NCBI GenBank assembly: GCA_934511365.1
Contig: CAKSWC010000003.1
Coordinates: 116,227 to 180,226, forward strand
Source of the DNA: an uncultured Eubacteriales bacterium
GTDB taxonomy: Bacteria > Bacillota > Clostridia > Oscillospirales > Acutalibacteraceae
Direction: 5' to 3'
DNA: 64,000 nucleotides
In this document: positions 10,304 to 19,837 of the stretch, piece by piece
Layout: the number at the start of each line of letters is the position of its first letter
How positions within the stretch are numbered: the stretch's first letter is position 1
Translations under genes and position numbers: made by a program
The notes under the pieces: generated by a model
Told to the model about the DNA's origin: nothing
Databases searched by the model: none
Seen by the model: the letters and a program-made list of their open reading frames with translations, nothing else

Positions 10304-13300
10304 TTAGTATCCTCTCAGTATTTCTCTTATTTCTACATCTTTAGCATACAGATTCAAGTTGTCTATCTTATCTTTGATATATTGTTTGTGTTCCAAATAC
10401 TCTATGCCGTGTATTTCTTGGGATAATTTGTTCAAGAATTCAATTTTATTATGAATCAATGGGACCTCGCTACCTGACCAAGAACAAAAACTTGAAAACA
10501 ATGGAAGACCTTTAAAGTTTTCTATGCTTTTATCACACTCCAGATAGAGTTTGATGTACGTGATTCTTTGAGCATCTGTCATTTTTGATATGGAATCAAA
10601 AAGGCTCCTCATATATATGTCGTTCGAATAATACTTTTTTATAAAATTGCAAAGAAAAGCATTAACCTTTTCTTTGTCTTTATAAGCATTTATTACATCA
10701 AAGAATTCTGTTAATTCATAGTGAGGATAATCAATTCTTTCTTTAATGACATCGGCAATATGTTCAAATGAAGCGCAAAACTCATCTGTTTCAAACAACT
10801 TAGTTATATGATCTGAATGATCCCTAAAATCACGATGCTTTTGTTTGATTATTGTAAATAAATAATTATCTAGAAAAGCTTTATTATTTTCAAATAATAT
10901 TTTAAAGTATAGACCGTGATAATCAAAGTATCTTTCATAGGATAACTCAAACAGATAAATTTGCTCTAATAAATCCATTTTAGTTGAAAACAATTCAAGC
11001 ACATCGGAAACAGGGGTTATTCCATCGTGAAAAAGAAAGCTAAAATAAATATGGACAATAAATGGACTTGCTTGTTTTTTGTTTAGAATAATTTTACAAG
11101 TTTTAATAAAGATATCGGGATCTATAGATTTGAACTTTGTAACAAAAACTATTCTTCTAAAGCCAGACGAAGTAATCGCTTTATCTGAATCATCGAGAAG
11201 AAAAGAATAAAAATCTTCAATGGTATTTTTCTGTATCTTATCATTCGGAAAATGATAAAAGTAAAAATAAATCCATTCGTTTTTCTGAGTGTATTCATTC
11301 GCTTTGAGTAATCGTAATACATCTTCAGGCTCCATTAAGCTAAACAAGTACTCAATAATTTTTGTTGGAGAGAGTTTGGCTGGTGTATCGACTTTAAAAT
11401 AATACTCTACTGTCTCTACAAAATAGATTTTGTATTCATATAGAATATCAAATAGAAGACTTAATCCTTCTGATATTTCATATTTATTATTAATGCAAGA
11501 TTCATTACAAACATCAATTATCGAACAAATTGCAGAAAAATCAGCATTTCTAATCATTTCTTTAATTTTGCCCTTACGGACGATGAGTTCATCATCAAAC
11601 TCTTTATATTTTAGCTTATTCTCACCTTTGATTGTTTTATATATTTTAAGGATATACGAAGATAAATAATTCTTAACAAGCGATTGGTCAATAAACTTTT
11701 CTAGATCGCTCTCCCTCAAAAAAGCTATATAATTATCAACAAGAATACAATCTTCGAGATTGTCCGAATTAAATGAAGAGTCAATTAATCTATAAATAAA
11801 TGGGCAATCCGTTTCAATAATCTGATTGCTTTCGTCTGCTCCATCGCCGTATTCTCTTAATATGTCACGAATACATATTTTTGAATCCTGAGTTAGACAT
11901 ATTTCATATAGTAATGTCCATACTTTTTTTCTTAGATTTACAATCAGCTCACCTCCACGTATGGTAATATAATTAATTGTAAATGATCTTTCTCCGTTCG
12001 ATTCTGTCCATTCAAATCGGAATTTTAAAAGGTGTTTAGCAACATCAAAAAACAGATATGTTACAGCTTCGTTTGTCCAGTTTTCAGAATATCCTTTCAG
12101 CTTTTCGAGTAAAAGATTTTCAACACGATACTCAAATCTGTCGGAATACTTATTGAACACTAAACGCTGCTTTATTATTGCATAAAACTGTTCGTATAAA
12201 TCCGGTCTTTTCTTATAATATAATAAAAGCAAATCTAATGCTTCAGAATAATTATCACATTGATAAAAACCACCAAGTATTTCAATTACATCATCAGTGA
12301 TAGATTCCGATTGTTTTTCTTTTGATAAATTTTTGTTAAATGGCCTTTCTTCTGATTCATCAATTATTCCTTTAAGAATCAGAAGAGTAGCAGTTTCATT
12401 AACTGGATAAAATGCCTTTACATAATCAAAGAAAACAGATGGATCGTTTTCGGCTAATTCATCCCATACTTTACTTATTTCTTGATTAACATAAGCTATC
12501 ATTTCATCAGAGGAAAAGGATATGGTTAAAACATTTACAGACGTTATTGTTTTTGATTGATTGACAGGGAAGTAAACTTTAATGGCATCAGAAAGAAGGA
12601 TCAGTTTTTTATCAAAAAATACATATTTCAGAATATAGTTGGATAAGCACTGTTCTGAAATTTTTACTGCCTTTTTAGCATAGATATCAATTAGCTCGTA
12701 TGAATGAAGTTTATAAATACTTTCAATAAAGGTTTCTTTGCTAATATGAGAAACGGATAGTAAAGGTTCAATAAAATCCAAATTATCAATATGAAATGCG
12801 TCAACAAAAGCAACTATTCCAAAAGTAATAATTAAATCTTTTTCATCACACAATTTATACTCTTCAATAACCCGACCATAATAATTTTCATATAACTTGG
12901 ACACATCTGCTAATGAAGCTAAAGCGTTTTCTCTTCGTGCTGTTATTCCGGCAATCATAGCTATGCGGGCGTTTCCGTTTGATATTTCAGATATTCTTTT
13001 AAGATAATGCTGATTTTTAATACCAAGGTTAACTTTGATAATCTCTTCAATCTTTTCTTTATCAAATGGCTTAACTTTTATTATTCCATACCTTGCAAAC
13101 TCCATTATTTTTTTATGGACTTCATTGAGTGCGTAATCTCTTACGGTAATAATTATTTTAACAATAATTCCATTTTCTTTTTTTAATAAGTATTGCAAAA
13201 TATGTGACAATCCAGCAATTTGGTTTGCGTCATCAACAAAAAGTAAATATTTGCCAGGATGATTTATATGCATTTGAAGTTCTTCATATATAGGAAGCGC

Positions 13301-14023
13301 ATTGTCCCTTATACATAGCAGAGTTTCTCCTTGTTCGGAGCTGCGATTTTTAGCGAATTCAACTGCTAATCTTGTTTTTCCTGTTCCTGCGGTACCTGAT
13401 ATTACTGCGACATCATATTCTTCTAATACTTCATCAAGCTTTTTTATTTCATCTTCTCGATACAGAAATTCGTTATCTAATGGTGCCGAAAAAGCTGATG
13501 AATCATTTTGTTTAATAAAATCCTCTATGCTAAATATCTGGTTTGTATCATAAGATATTTGCAAATAATCTTTTGCTAAATCTCTTCTTTCGGAGAAAAG
13601 ATGATTGGCGATTCTATCTATTCCCCACATATTAAACACAATACTCTTCTCTTCACACATTTCACAAAACTCTTTATGAACCGCAGGTTTTAAATTTGAG
13701 GATGTATGAAAGTATATGATTTCTGATATATCTTTACTATCAATGCCGGTTTCACTTGAATTTAAGCATTTTTGGATATCATCAGTAATCTTTTTACGAA
13801 GTCCTGTTTGCTGTGTTGTATATTCAACAAAAACATATTTGTTATCCTCATTGATACAATACGTGTCAGGAGTTCCTAGAGTCGTTTTTTGAGTTCCCGA
13901 TTGGCTGCCTAGTGAAACAAAATTAGAGTATCCTAATGAATATAGTATTTGATCGCAAATGTTTTGAAAAGTCCCTTGATCCAATTCTAATATTTTCTGT
14001 TTGATTGTATTAATTATCGCCAT
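10304..14023 (-). CDS. Large STAND-like P-loop NTPase (N-terminal nuclease-like domain, central NTPase, long helical C-terminus); candidate defence protein
   Basis: Walker A VISGTAGTGKTRLAVEF and Walker B YLLFVDDANQ lie near residues 205-270. The N-terminal roughly 170 aa contain GTPDTYCINEDNKYVFVEYTT, a PD-(D/E)xK-like core. About 900 aa of alpha-helical-looking sequence follow. The probable start is the ATG at 14023 with GAGGTG upstream (the ORF track begins at GTG 14032). Confidence 0.5.
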   Translation of the reverse strand: MAIINTIKQKILELDQGTFQNICDQILYSLGYSNFVSLGSQSGTQKTTLGTPDTYCINEDNKYVFVEYTTQQTGLRKKITDDIQKCLNSSETGIDSKDISEIIYFHTSSNLKPAVHKEFCEMCEEKSIVFNMWGIDRIANHLFSERRDLAKDYLQISYDTNQIFSIEDFIKQNDSSAFSAPLDNEFLYREDEIKKLDEVLEEYDVAVISGTAGTGKTRLAVEFAKNRSSEQGETLLCIRDNALPIYEELQMHINHPGKYLLFVDDANQIAGLSHILQYLLKKENGIIVKIIITVRDYALNEVHKKIMEFARYGIIKVKPFDKEKIEEIIKVNLGIKNQHYLKRISEISNGNARIAMIAGITARRENALASLADVSKLYENYYGRVIEEYKLCDEKDLIITFGIVAFVDAFHIDNLDFIEPLLSVSHISKETFIESIYKLHSYELIDIYAKKAVKISEQCLSNYILKYVFFDKKLILLSDAIKVYFPVNQSKTITSVNVLTISFSSDEMIAYVNQEISKVWDELAENDPSVFFDYVKAFYPVNETATLLILKGIIDESEERPFNKNLSKEKQSESITDDVIEILGGFYQCDNYSEALDLLLLYYKKRPDLYEQFYAIIKQRLVFNKYSDRFEYRVENLLLEKLKGYSENWTNEAVTYLFFDVAKHLLKFRFEWTESNGERSFTINYITIRGGELIVNLRKKVWTLLYEICLTQDSKICIRDILREYGDGADESNQIIETDCPFIYRLIDSSFNSDNLEDCILVDNYIAFLRESDLEKFIDQSLVKNYLSSYILKIYKTIKGENKLKYKEFDDELIVRKGKIKEMIRNADFSAICSIIDVCNESCINNKYEISEGLSLLFDILYEYKIYFVETVEYYFKVDTPAKLSPTKIIEYLFSLMEPEDVLRLLKANEYTQKNEWIYFYFYHFPNDKIQKNTIEDFYSFLLDDSDKAITSSGFRRIVFVTKFKSIDPDIFIKTCKIILNKKQASPFIVHIYFSFLFHDGITPVSDVLELFSTKMDLLEQIYLFELSYERYFDYHGLYFKILFENNKAFLDNYLFTIIKQKHRDFRDHSDHITKLFETDEFCASFEHIADVIKERIDYPHYELTEFFDVINAYKDKEKVNAFLCNFIKKYYSNDIYMRSLFDSISKMTDAQRITYIKLYLECDKSIENFKGLPLFSSFCSWSGSEVPLIHNKIEFLNKLSQEIHGIEYLEHKQYIKDKIDNLNLYAKDVEIREILRGY

Positions 14024-14056
14024 ATATTTCACCTCGTTTGAATCTGTTTTGTTTTA

Positions 14057-14974
14057 TTAAATTATATCATTATCTTTTTGTTCCCGCAACAAGTATAACA
14101 GTTTAAAACCAATCTTTTCTATCGCCTTTTCACAAACTCTCTTAGCCGTACTCGCATTACTAAACCCGTGATTGGTAGCGATGTCGGTATAAGGAAGAGG
14201 TTTGGTTGGCTTTTCTTTCGGCTTGCCATTTTCGTCTAAATCATTCTTGTCAGCGTAGCGAGTGCTGAAACACTCCGGGCAAAAGCCGAGGTGCTGGGCG
14301 AGCATTATTTTTTCTGTGTATTCCAAGCTGTCATAGGCTTCATACAGTTTATCATAAAGCTCCTGCTTGAAATAGATATTTTCATGATTGAGTGAGGAAT
14401 CGGGAAGAAGAAAATTTGTTGTCTGTTCGTCGTCCTCATCGTTACTCTGAACATCTACATAGTTTTCAGTAAGAATACCGGCTTCAATGATAGACTTTGT
14501 TTTATCATAGCTTTCACCGATTTGCGCTGCAACCTGAGAAATGGTTTCCTCCGTAAATTCACCGCCTGAATGATTGAAAATATCCATCACTTTACGAAGT
14601 CGGGCATATTCAAATTCGCTCTGCACGGAATAGCCCGTCCGCATTGTGCGGATATAGGTATGCGCCTCACGCTCCATATACCTCTGAGCATACGGCAGAA
14701 AAGGAGCTATGGAAATATCGTATTTCATCAGAGCCTTACATAAGCCTGTTACAAGGCTTTGCTTTATATCGGCAAAATGTTCTTCCATTGAGTATTTATT
14801 CCTAAAAAACTTCGCCTTTTCATTTAACGACGGCTCGTAATAGTGTAGGAACCAATAGAAATAATTGTCATCGCCGGTCTGGATATACTGCCAAATATAC
14901 TCCTGCAAATCCCATTCAGGCGGTGGCGGAGTAATGCGGTATATTTCAAATTCTTTTTTCTCGATATGGCTCAC
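14057..14974 (-). CDS. Hypothetical protein, possibly a sigma-70-family (ECF-like) regulator
   Basis: YEPSLNEKAKFFRNKYSMEEHFADIKQSLVTGLCKAL looks like sigma region 2, and the C-terminal segment STAKRVCEKAIEKIGFKLL looks like a region-4 HTH. The stop/start overlaps the upstream gene (ATGA at 14971-14974). Family assignment is tentative. Confidence 0.35.
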   Translation of the reverse strand: MSHIEKKEFEIYRITPPPPEWDLQEYIWQYIQTGDDNYFYWFLHYYEPSLNEKAKFFRNKYSMEEHFADIKQSLVTGLCKALMKYDISIAPFLPYAQRYMEREAHTYIRTMRTGYSVQSEFEYARLRKVMDIFNHSGGEFTEETISQVAAQIGESYDKTKSIIEAGILTENYVDVQSNDEDDEQTTNFLLPDSSLNHENIYFKQELYDKLYEAYDSLEYTEKIMLAQHLGFCPECFSTRYADKNDLDENGKPKEKPTKPLPYTDIATNHGFSNASTAKRVCEKAIEKIGFKLLYLLREQKDNDII

Positions 14975-16116
14975 TTTTGCTTGATTCTCCTGTCCGTTTC
15001 TCTATACAAATTCTCACGCTTCATATCCATTTTAAATTGACCGTTAGCGTAGTTGTCATCATACTTTGCTTTTTGCCAATACTCTTTAGCGACTTTCAGC
15101 GCCATTGCAGCAAACTCTGCTGTAATGGTGCTTCTTTTTTGTTCTACACGAATTGCAGAGCAACGGCTCTTGTAAATTGGATTGATAGGGTTACCTTCGG
15201 AAAGCTCCTTTTCCTTCATCCTCGCCGCATATTTTCGGCAGGAAATTGTTTTTCCTTTCAGCGTATAGGGCGCAATACCGTTGCAATACACCTGCCGCCT
15301 TGCAGAAGTCATCAGGAAATAGCGCTTGCAGATCGGACACCTTTTCGGATAATGACCGTAGTACAAGCCCTCAAAAAAATCCGTGAGGACAAAGCTGTAG
15401 TACTTGTCAAAAAACATTCTTCTCGCCGTAATAATCGTTTTGCTTTTATCCGTTTTACGCATAGCAACATACTCGGATGTCATATAGAGCTTTTCGTTGC
15501 CGAATATATCCAATGCAATCGGTAATAGGTGCGGCTCGTCAAAGCATTCCGCTTCATCAAGTCTGTTACAAAACTCAGTTAAGCCCTCAAATGCTTCTCT
15601 CATATCGATGCTGATACGATCATAGAAAGCCAGTGTTGTCATCATATCATTAAGTAGGTTGTCCGCTGTTTTTTGCTGAACTTTATCTATTTCAATCGGG
15701 AGCAAATCCAAAGCAGATTCATTGATTCCCATAGCTAATATTTGAGCCTTTGCATTGAAATACTCTCGGATAAATTCAGCGTTGTTCTCTGTGAAAAGTT
15801 CAGCTATTCTAATACACTCTGCTTCAACATCCAGCTTAGTGAACGGTTGCAGTTTAGGCAAGGTTTTTAAGATTTGGTGGATCTCCCACCCGGATCGTAA
15901 AACATCAGTGTTATCAAGATAACCGGCAGAGATCGTATCGTATAAATGCCAGCTGTATTGTTTGTATATAGCCAACCTAGCCGCCGTATCGTCCTTATAG
16001 TATTGATTCAAAAGGTGCGTAGCGAACGTACCTGCAGGATAAGTTTTATTGCCGATCCGTATTCTTCCGTCACGAAAATCGGCGCTGAAAAAGCTGATTT
16101 TTTCCAAAATCAACAC
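14971..16116 (-). CDS. Hypothetical protein with a C-terminal Cys cluster (CPICKRY...CNG...C)
   Basis: A long ORF and the first gene of the minus-strand cargo operon. The C-terminal third carries a zinc-ribbon-like CxxC...C...C arrangement and a basic tail. I recognise no family. Confidence 0.5.
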   Translation of the reverse strand: MLILEKISFFSADFRDGRIRIGNKTYPAGTFATHLLNQYYKDDTAARLAIYKQYSWHLYDTISAGYLDNTDVLRSGWEIHQILKTLPKLQPFTKLDVEAECIRIAELFTENNAEFIREYFNAKAQILAMGINESALDLLPIEIDKVQQKTADNLLNDMMTTLAFYDRISIDMREAFEGLTEFCNRLDEAECFDEPHLLPIALDIFGNEKLYMTSEYVAMRKTDKSKTIITARRMFFDKYYSFVLTDFFEGLYYGHYPKRCPICKRYFLMTSARRQVYCNGIAPYTLKGKTISCRKYAARMKEKELSEGNPINPIYKSRCSAIRVEQKRSTITAEFAAMALKVAKEYWQKAKYDDNYANGQFKMDMKRENLYRETDRRIKQK

Positions 16117-16328
16117 CTCCTCACTATCAAGTCTACCAAAACAGGTGTCCCATAAAACTCCCTTTGCTCCGTTTTAGAAGAAATTTTTGAAAAATTTTTG
16201 AATTATTATTTTCCGTAATATAAAATTATCAGCTTGAATTCTGATTGTTCAGTATTCAAGCCGTTTTTTAGTGTTTTCTTTTTGATTTTCACTATGTTTT
16301 CTTAAAACCCTAAGTTTTCGGATTTTCG

Positions 16329-16377
16329 TGTATTTAATACAGTAGAGGGACGAAAAGCCCTCCAAAATACACGAAAG
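16329..16377. repeat. Nested palindrome in the divergent promoter region (12-bp inverted repeat enclosing GAGGG...CCCTC)
   Basis: tttcgtgtattt (16329-16340) pairs with aaatacacgaaa (16366-16377) as perfect inverted repeats, flanking gagggacgaaaagccctc. Confidence 0.4.
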
Positions 16378-16389
16378 GAGGAACAAGCT

Positions 16390-16626
16390 ATGGTGCTGAA
16401 AATTACCGAAGAGCTGTCCGACAGAGTAAACCGCATTGTCCGTCATTCGTGCTGCAACTGCATTGACGACAACTGCCTGTTGCTCGACTACGGCGAAGAA
16501 CACAGCTGCGTGCAGCTGATCAGCAAGTACGGCATTTACTGCAACTATCTTTTGAAATGCATATTGCCTGCTCTCCCAAAACTCTACGGCGACATACTCG
16601 CCTACAACGAAAAACTGAAAGGATGA
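16390..16626 (+). CDS. Small Cys-rich protein (cysteine-rich VLP-like) upstream of parM
   Basis: The 78-aa product has eight Cys (HSCCNCIDDNCLLLDYGEEHSCVQ...CNYLLKCILPALPK). GGAGG lies upstream, and the gene ends 4 nt before parM. Confidence 0.4.
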   Translation: MVLKITEELSDRVNRIVRHSCCNCIDDNCLLLDYGEEHSCVQLISKYGIYCNYLLKCILPALPKLYGDILAYNEKLKG

Positions 16627-16630
16627 TTTT

Positions 16631-17566
16631 ATGAAAACACTAAACAATTTTAAGATTATCGGTATCGACCACGGTTACGGCAACATCAAAACCGCTAACC
16701 ATTGTTTTAAGACCGGTATAACCACCCACGACAGTGAACCGCTGTTTACAAAGGATATGCTAACCTACAACGGCAAGTATTATCTGATAGGCGAAGGACA
16801 CAAAGAGTTTCTGCCCGAAAAGCAGAATGATGAGGATTATTATATCCTCACACTCGCCGCTATCTCAACCGAGCTTTCGGACGAAGGGCTGACCGAAGCG
16901 GATGTGATTATCGCCGCAGGTTTGCCTTTAACTTGGACAAGCGGACAGAAAGCGGATTTTGCCGCTTATCTGTCAAAGAGCAAAGAGGTAGCGTTCACTT
17001 TTCGTAATGTAGAGTATCATATCCGAATCTGTGATGTAAAAATCTATCCGCAGGGATATTCTGCGGTCGTGCCTATCAAGTCTACGCTCAAAGGATTGAG
17101 TATGGTAGCCGATATCGGCAACGGTACGATGAACACACTCTACCTTGTCAACGGCAAGCCGCAGAGCGGTAAGATGTTCACTGAGAAGTTTGGCACTTAT
17201 CAATGCACTCTTGCTATTCGTGAGGGCTTTATGCGTAAGACGCGCAGAGAGTTGAACGACTATCTTATCGACGAGGTGTTGCAGACAGGCATGTCGGATA
17301 TTCCAGATTCCGATTTGGAGATCATCACTGCTATTGCGGAGGAATATGTTGCCGAGATTTTCCGCCGCTTGCGTGAACACGGCTATGATGAAAGCACGAT
17401 GAAGCTCTACGTCTGCGGTGGCGGAGGTTGCCTGATCAAGAATTTCTATCACGGCAATCTCGACCGTGTAAAGTTCATTGACGATATCTGCGCTGCCGCT
17501 AAAGGCTATGAATATCTTGCAGACGTTTATCTGAGAGCCGAGGCGAAGAATGAAGGACGTGTATAA
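16631..17566 (+). CDS. parM: ParM/StbA-family actin-like segregation ATPase
   Basis: Actin-fold motifs are present: phosphate-1 IIGIDHGYGNIKT, phosphate-2 VADIGNGTMN and adenosine YVCGGGG. Confidence 0.75.
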   Translation: MKTLNNFKIIGIDHGYGNIKTANHCFKTGITTHDSEPLFTKDMLTYNGKYYLIGEGHKEFLPEKQNDEDYYILTLAAISTELSDEGLTEADVIIAAGLPLTWTSGQKADFAAYLSKSKEVAFTFRNVEYHIRICDVKIYPQGYSAVVPIKSTLKGLSMVADIGNGTMNTLYLVNGKPQSGKMFTEKFGTYQCTLAIREGFMRKTRRELNDYLIDEVLQTGMSDIPDSDLEIITAIAEEYVAEIFRRLREHGYDESTMKLYVCGGGGCLIKNFYHGNLDRVKFIDDICAAAKGYEYLADVYLRAEAKNEGRV

Positions 17567-17567
17567 A

Positions 17568-17876
17568 ATGACAGTACGCTTTGACCTAACCGACGCCCGA
17601 GAGCGTGCTCTAGCAGAATATATGCAGACGCTTGACGTAAAGAAGTATCAATCCCGCAATCAGTTTGTGTTAGATGCGATTGCCGATTATGTAGATTTAC
17701 AATCGATCACCCGTGAACAGCACGAGGAGGATATCCGAAATATCATTCGTGAGGAAATGCGGGCTTGCTTTGCAGAAGCAAACTTCGCTCCGCAGGCTGT
17801 AAATCCTGCTTTAAGTGCAGACCAACAGGCGGAAGCCGAGCAGGATATTTTGGACGACCTCAAACTATTTGATTGA
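17568..17876 (+). CDS. Ribbon-helix-helix protein, putative ParR-like partner of ParM
   Basis: MTVRFDLTDARERALAEYMQ has the beta-strand-then-helix N-terminus typical of RHH proteins. It lies immediately downstream of parM, with its start 2 nt after the parM stop. Confidence 0.4.
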   Translation: MTVRFDLTDARERALAEYMQTLDVKKYQSRNQFVLDAIADYVDLQSITREQHEEDIRNIIREEMRACFAEANFAPQAVNPALSADQQAEAEQDILDDLKLFD

Positions 17877-17879
17877 CGG

Positions 17880-18117
17880 CACAATGACGGCAAATTTCAA
17901 GACCGATATTAAAATTGACGGCAAAATGCCGTCATATCAAGATAGTATTTTAATCAACAGCATAAGGCACAGAAGAACGGTTGAAATTAACACTCCGTGA
18001 CTGTGTCTTATACTGTAGCAAGCAGGGAATTTGTACGGCAAATTCCAAATACAACAGCTCCAAAGCTGTTGTAAATCTTTAGGGACACCCTAACACCCGA
18101 AGAAAGAAGGTAATATT
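17880..18117. promoter_or_regulatory. Candidate oriT/regulatory region upstream of mobC
   Basis: Contains several perfect inverted repeats: TGACGGCAaaaTGCCGTCA (17925-17943), ACAACAGCTccaaAGCTGTTGT (18053-18074) and GGAATTTGtacggcAAATTCC. tgacggcaaa is also a direct repeat. Confidence 0.3.
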
Positions 18118-18476
18118 TTTGAACGATAAAAATGCAAGAATCGAGCTGCGAGTTACGCAGTCCGAGAAAAAGAAGATAGCCCGGCTCGCCGAGAGCTGCG
18201 GCTTATCTCAATCCGAATATATCAGACAAAGGACATTGGGCTATGCGCCGAGGACAGTGCAACCTGATGTCTTTTTTTGATTTCTACCAAACGCTCTGCC
18301 GTTTGTGTGACGAGGTTGCCGATAAGGTATCACCTGAAACTGAACGAAAGCTGCTTGAAGTCGTAGACGAAATCCAACAGCGCCTACTTCTGCCGGAGAA
18401 ATCCTCTGCCAAGCAAATCTGTAAGGAGGTAACGACGTGGCAACAACAGGCTTCTGGCCCGTCAAAGGACGGCTAA
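18118..18476 (+). pseudogene. mobC: MobC-family relaxosome accessory gene, split by a frameshift at a T7 tract
   Basis: The TTG start at 18118 (RBS GAAGGT) gives LNDKNARIELRVTQSEKKKIARLAESCGLSQSEYIRQRTLG..., a MobC RHH N-terminus. The frame ends at 18279 immediately after gtcttttttt. Reading with one T fewer joins it to the 18243..18476 ORF, for a total of about 120 aa. Confidence 0.5.
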
Positions 18477-19837
18477 AAGATGTTATCAATTACGCTGAAA
18501 ATCCTGATAAAACTATCGAGCGCAAATATCTTGATGATGACTTAGCTGCCGCTCTCAATTACGTTGAGAACAGCGACAAAACCGACCAAACAATGTACGT
18601 CAGTGGAATAAACTGTCCGAAGAAAAGAGCTTACGAGCAGATGATGACCACAAAGCGACGTTTCGGCAAGCTCGGCGGAAATGTAGCGTATCACGGTTAT
18701 CAGAGCTTTCAGGCAGGAGAAGTCACGCCCGAAGAAGCGCACCAAATCGGCATTGAAACCGCCAAGCAAATGTGGGGTAATGATTATGAGATAGTTGTTA
18801 CGACACATCTGAATACGGCAAACCTACACAATCATATCGTCGTAAATAGTGTATCGTTCCGCACCGGACGGAAGTTTGAAAATCATATTTCCGACCACTA
18901 CAAGCTGCGTGAGATTTCCGACGAGGTCTGTCGTGAGCACGGAAAATCTGTAATAGAAAACGCTCCGTTCTACGGCGGCGACAAGGCGTATTGGGTACGC
19001 AAGAGCGGACGAATACCGCACAAGGATATGCTGCGGCAAGATGTTGATGAAGCCTTAGCCAATACGATCAAGCCGTTTGATTTTGAATTATATCTTCGCT
19101 CGCTCGGCTATCAGTTTGTGCGGACTTTTAAATATCAGCATCCTTCCGTGATCGCTCCTGACTGGCTGAAACCTGTCAGATTAAGCAGTCTTGGCAAGGA
19201 TTACTCCAGAGAAGCGATACTCAGACGGCAGCAATCTCAGCGTGAGGATAAATACTTCGTGGATTTCTATTCCTATACGCCGAAATCTTATTATCAGCGC
19301 CAACCGCTGATAGTGAGAATCAGGGATTTTGAGAAAAGAACAGAACCCGATGTTATCACGGCGCTGTTTGACCTGATTATCACGATTGCCAAGCTCATCA
19401 CAGGCAACAATGTCCAAAAGAGAGATTACCGTCCGGTATCACCTGAGCTGCGGGCAGAAATCAGAAATCTCGACCGAACGCTGGCGGAATATCATTTTCT
19501 CCGTGACCACAACGTGGAATGTGCAGAGGATTTTGTGTCTTGCCGAAAGGAAATCGCCGAGCAAATCAAGGCTTATGAAACCGAGCGACAGCACATCCGC
19601 AACCGAATCCGCAGAGCTAAATCACCCGAAGAAAATAATTCTCTTAAAGAACAATGTAGAAAAATCACAAAAAAGCTGACACCCTTGCGTAAGCAGTTCA
19701 TTATCTGCGGGCGCATTGAAAACAAAGTGCTTCGACTCCGTGCTTTGATCGAACAGGAAAAGCAGCTGGAGCAAGGCAGATACAAGTACAAATATTATCA
19801 CCAAAATAAAACGAAACAAAGGAGTTATGAACGATGA
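18437..19837 (+). CDS. Relaxase/mobilization nuclease (MobA/VirD2 family)
   Basis: Has the three-His motif HLNTANLHNHIVVNSV and the expected N-terminal relaxase region (INYAENPDKT...). It overlaps the mobC end. Confidence 0.8.
   Translation: MATTGFWPVKGRLKDVINYAENPDKTIERKYLDDDLAAALNYVENSDKTDQTMYVSGINCPKKRAYEQMMTTKRRFGKLGGNVAYHGYQSFQAGEVTPEEAHQIGIETAKQMWGNDYEIVVTTHLNTANLHNHIVVNSVSFRTGRKFENHISDHYKLREISDEVCREHGKSVIENAPFYGGDKAYWVRKSGRIPHKDMLRQDVDEALANTIKPFDFELYLRSLGYQFVRTFKYQHPSVIAPDWLKPVRLSSLGKDYSREAILRRQQSQREDKYFVDFYSYTPKSYYQRQPLIVRIRDFEKRTEPDVITALFDLIITIAKLITGNNVQKRDYRPVSPELRAEIRNLDRTLAEYHFLRDHNVECAEDFVSCRKEIAEQIKAYETERQHIRNRIRRAKSPEENNSLKEQCRKITKKLTPLRKQFIICGRIENKVLRLRALIEQEKQLEQGRYKYKYYHQNKTKQRSYER

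Noticed and set aside
10304-14032. The 1242-aa protein as an SMC/RecN-type or AAA+ protease ATPase
   Set aside because: It has a single Walker A and Walker B close together near the N-terminus, with no ABC signature or second nucleotide-binding half. The architecture fits STAND better.
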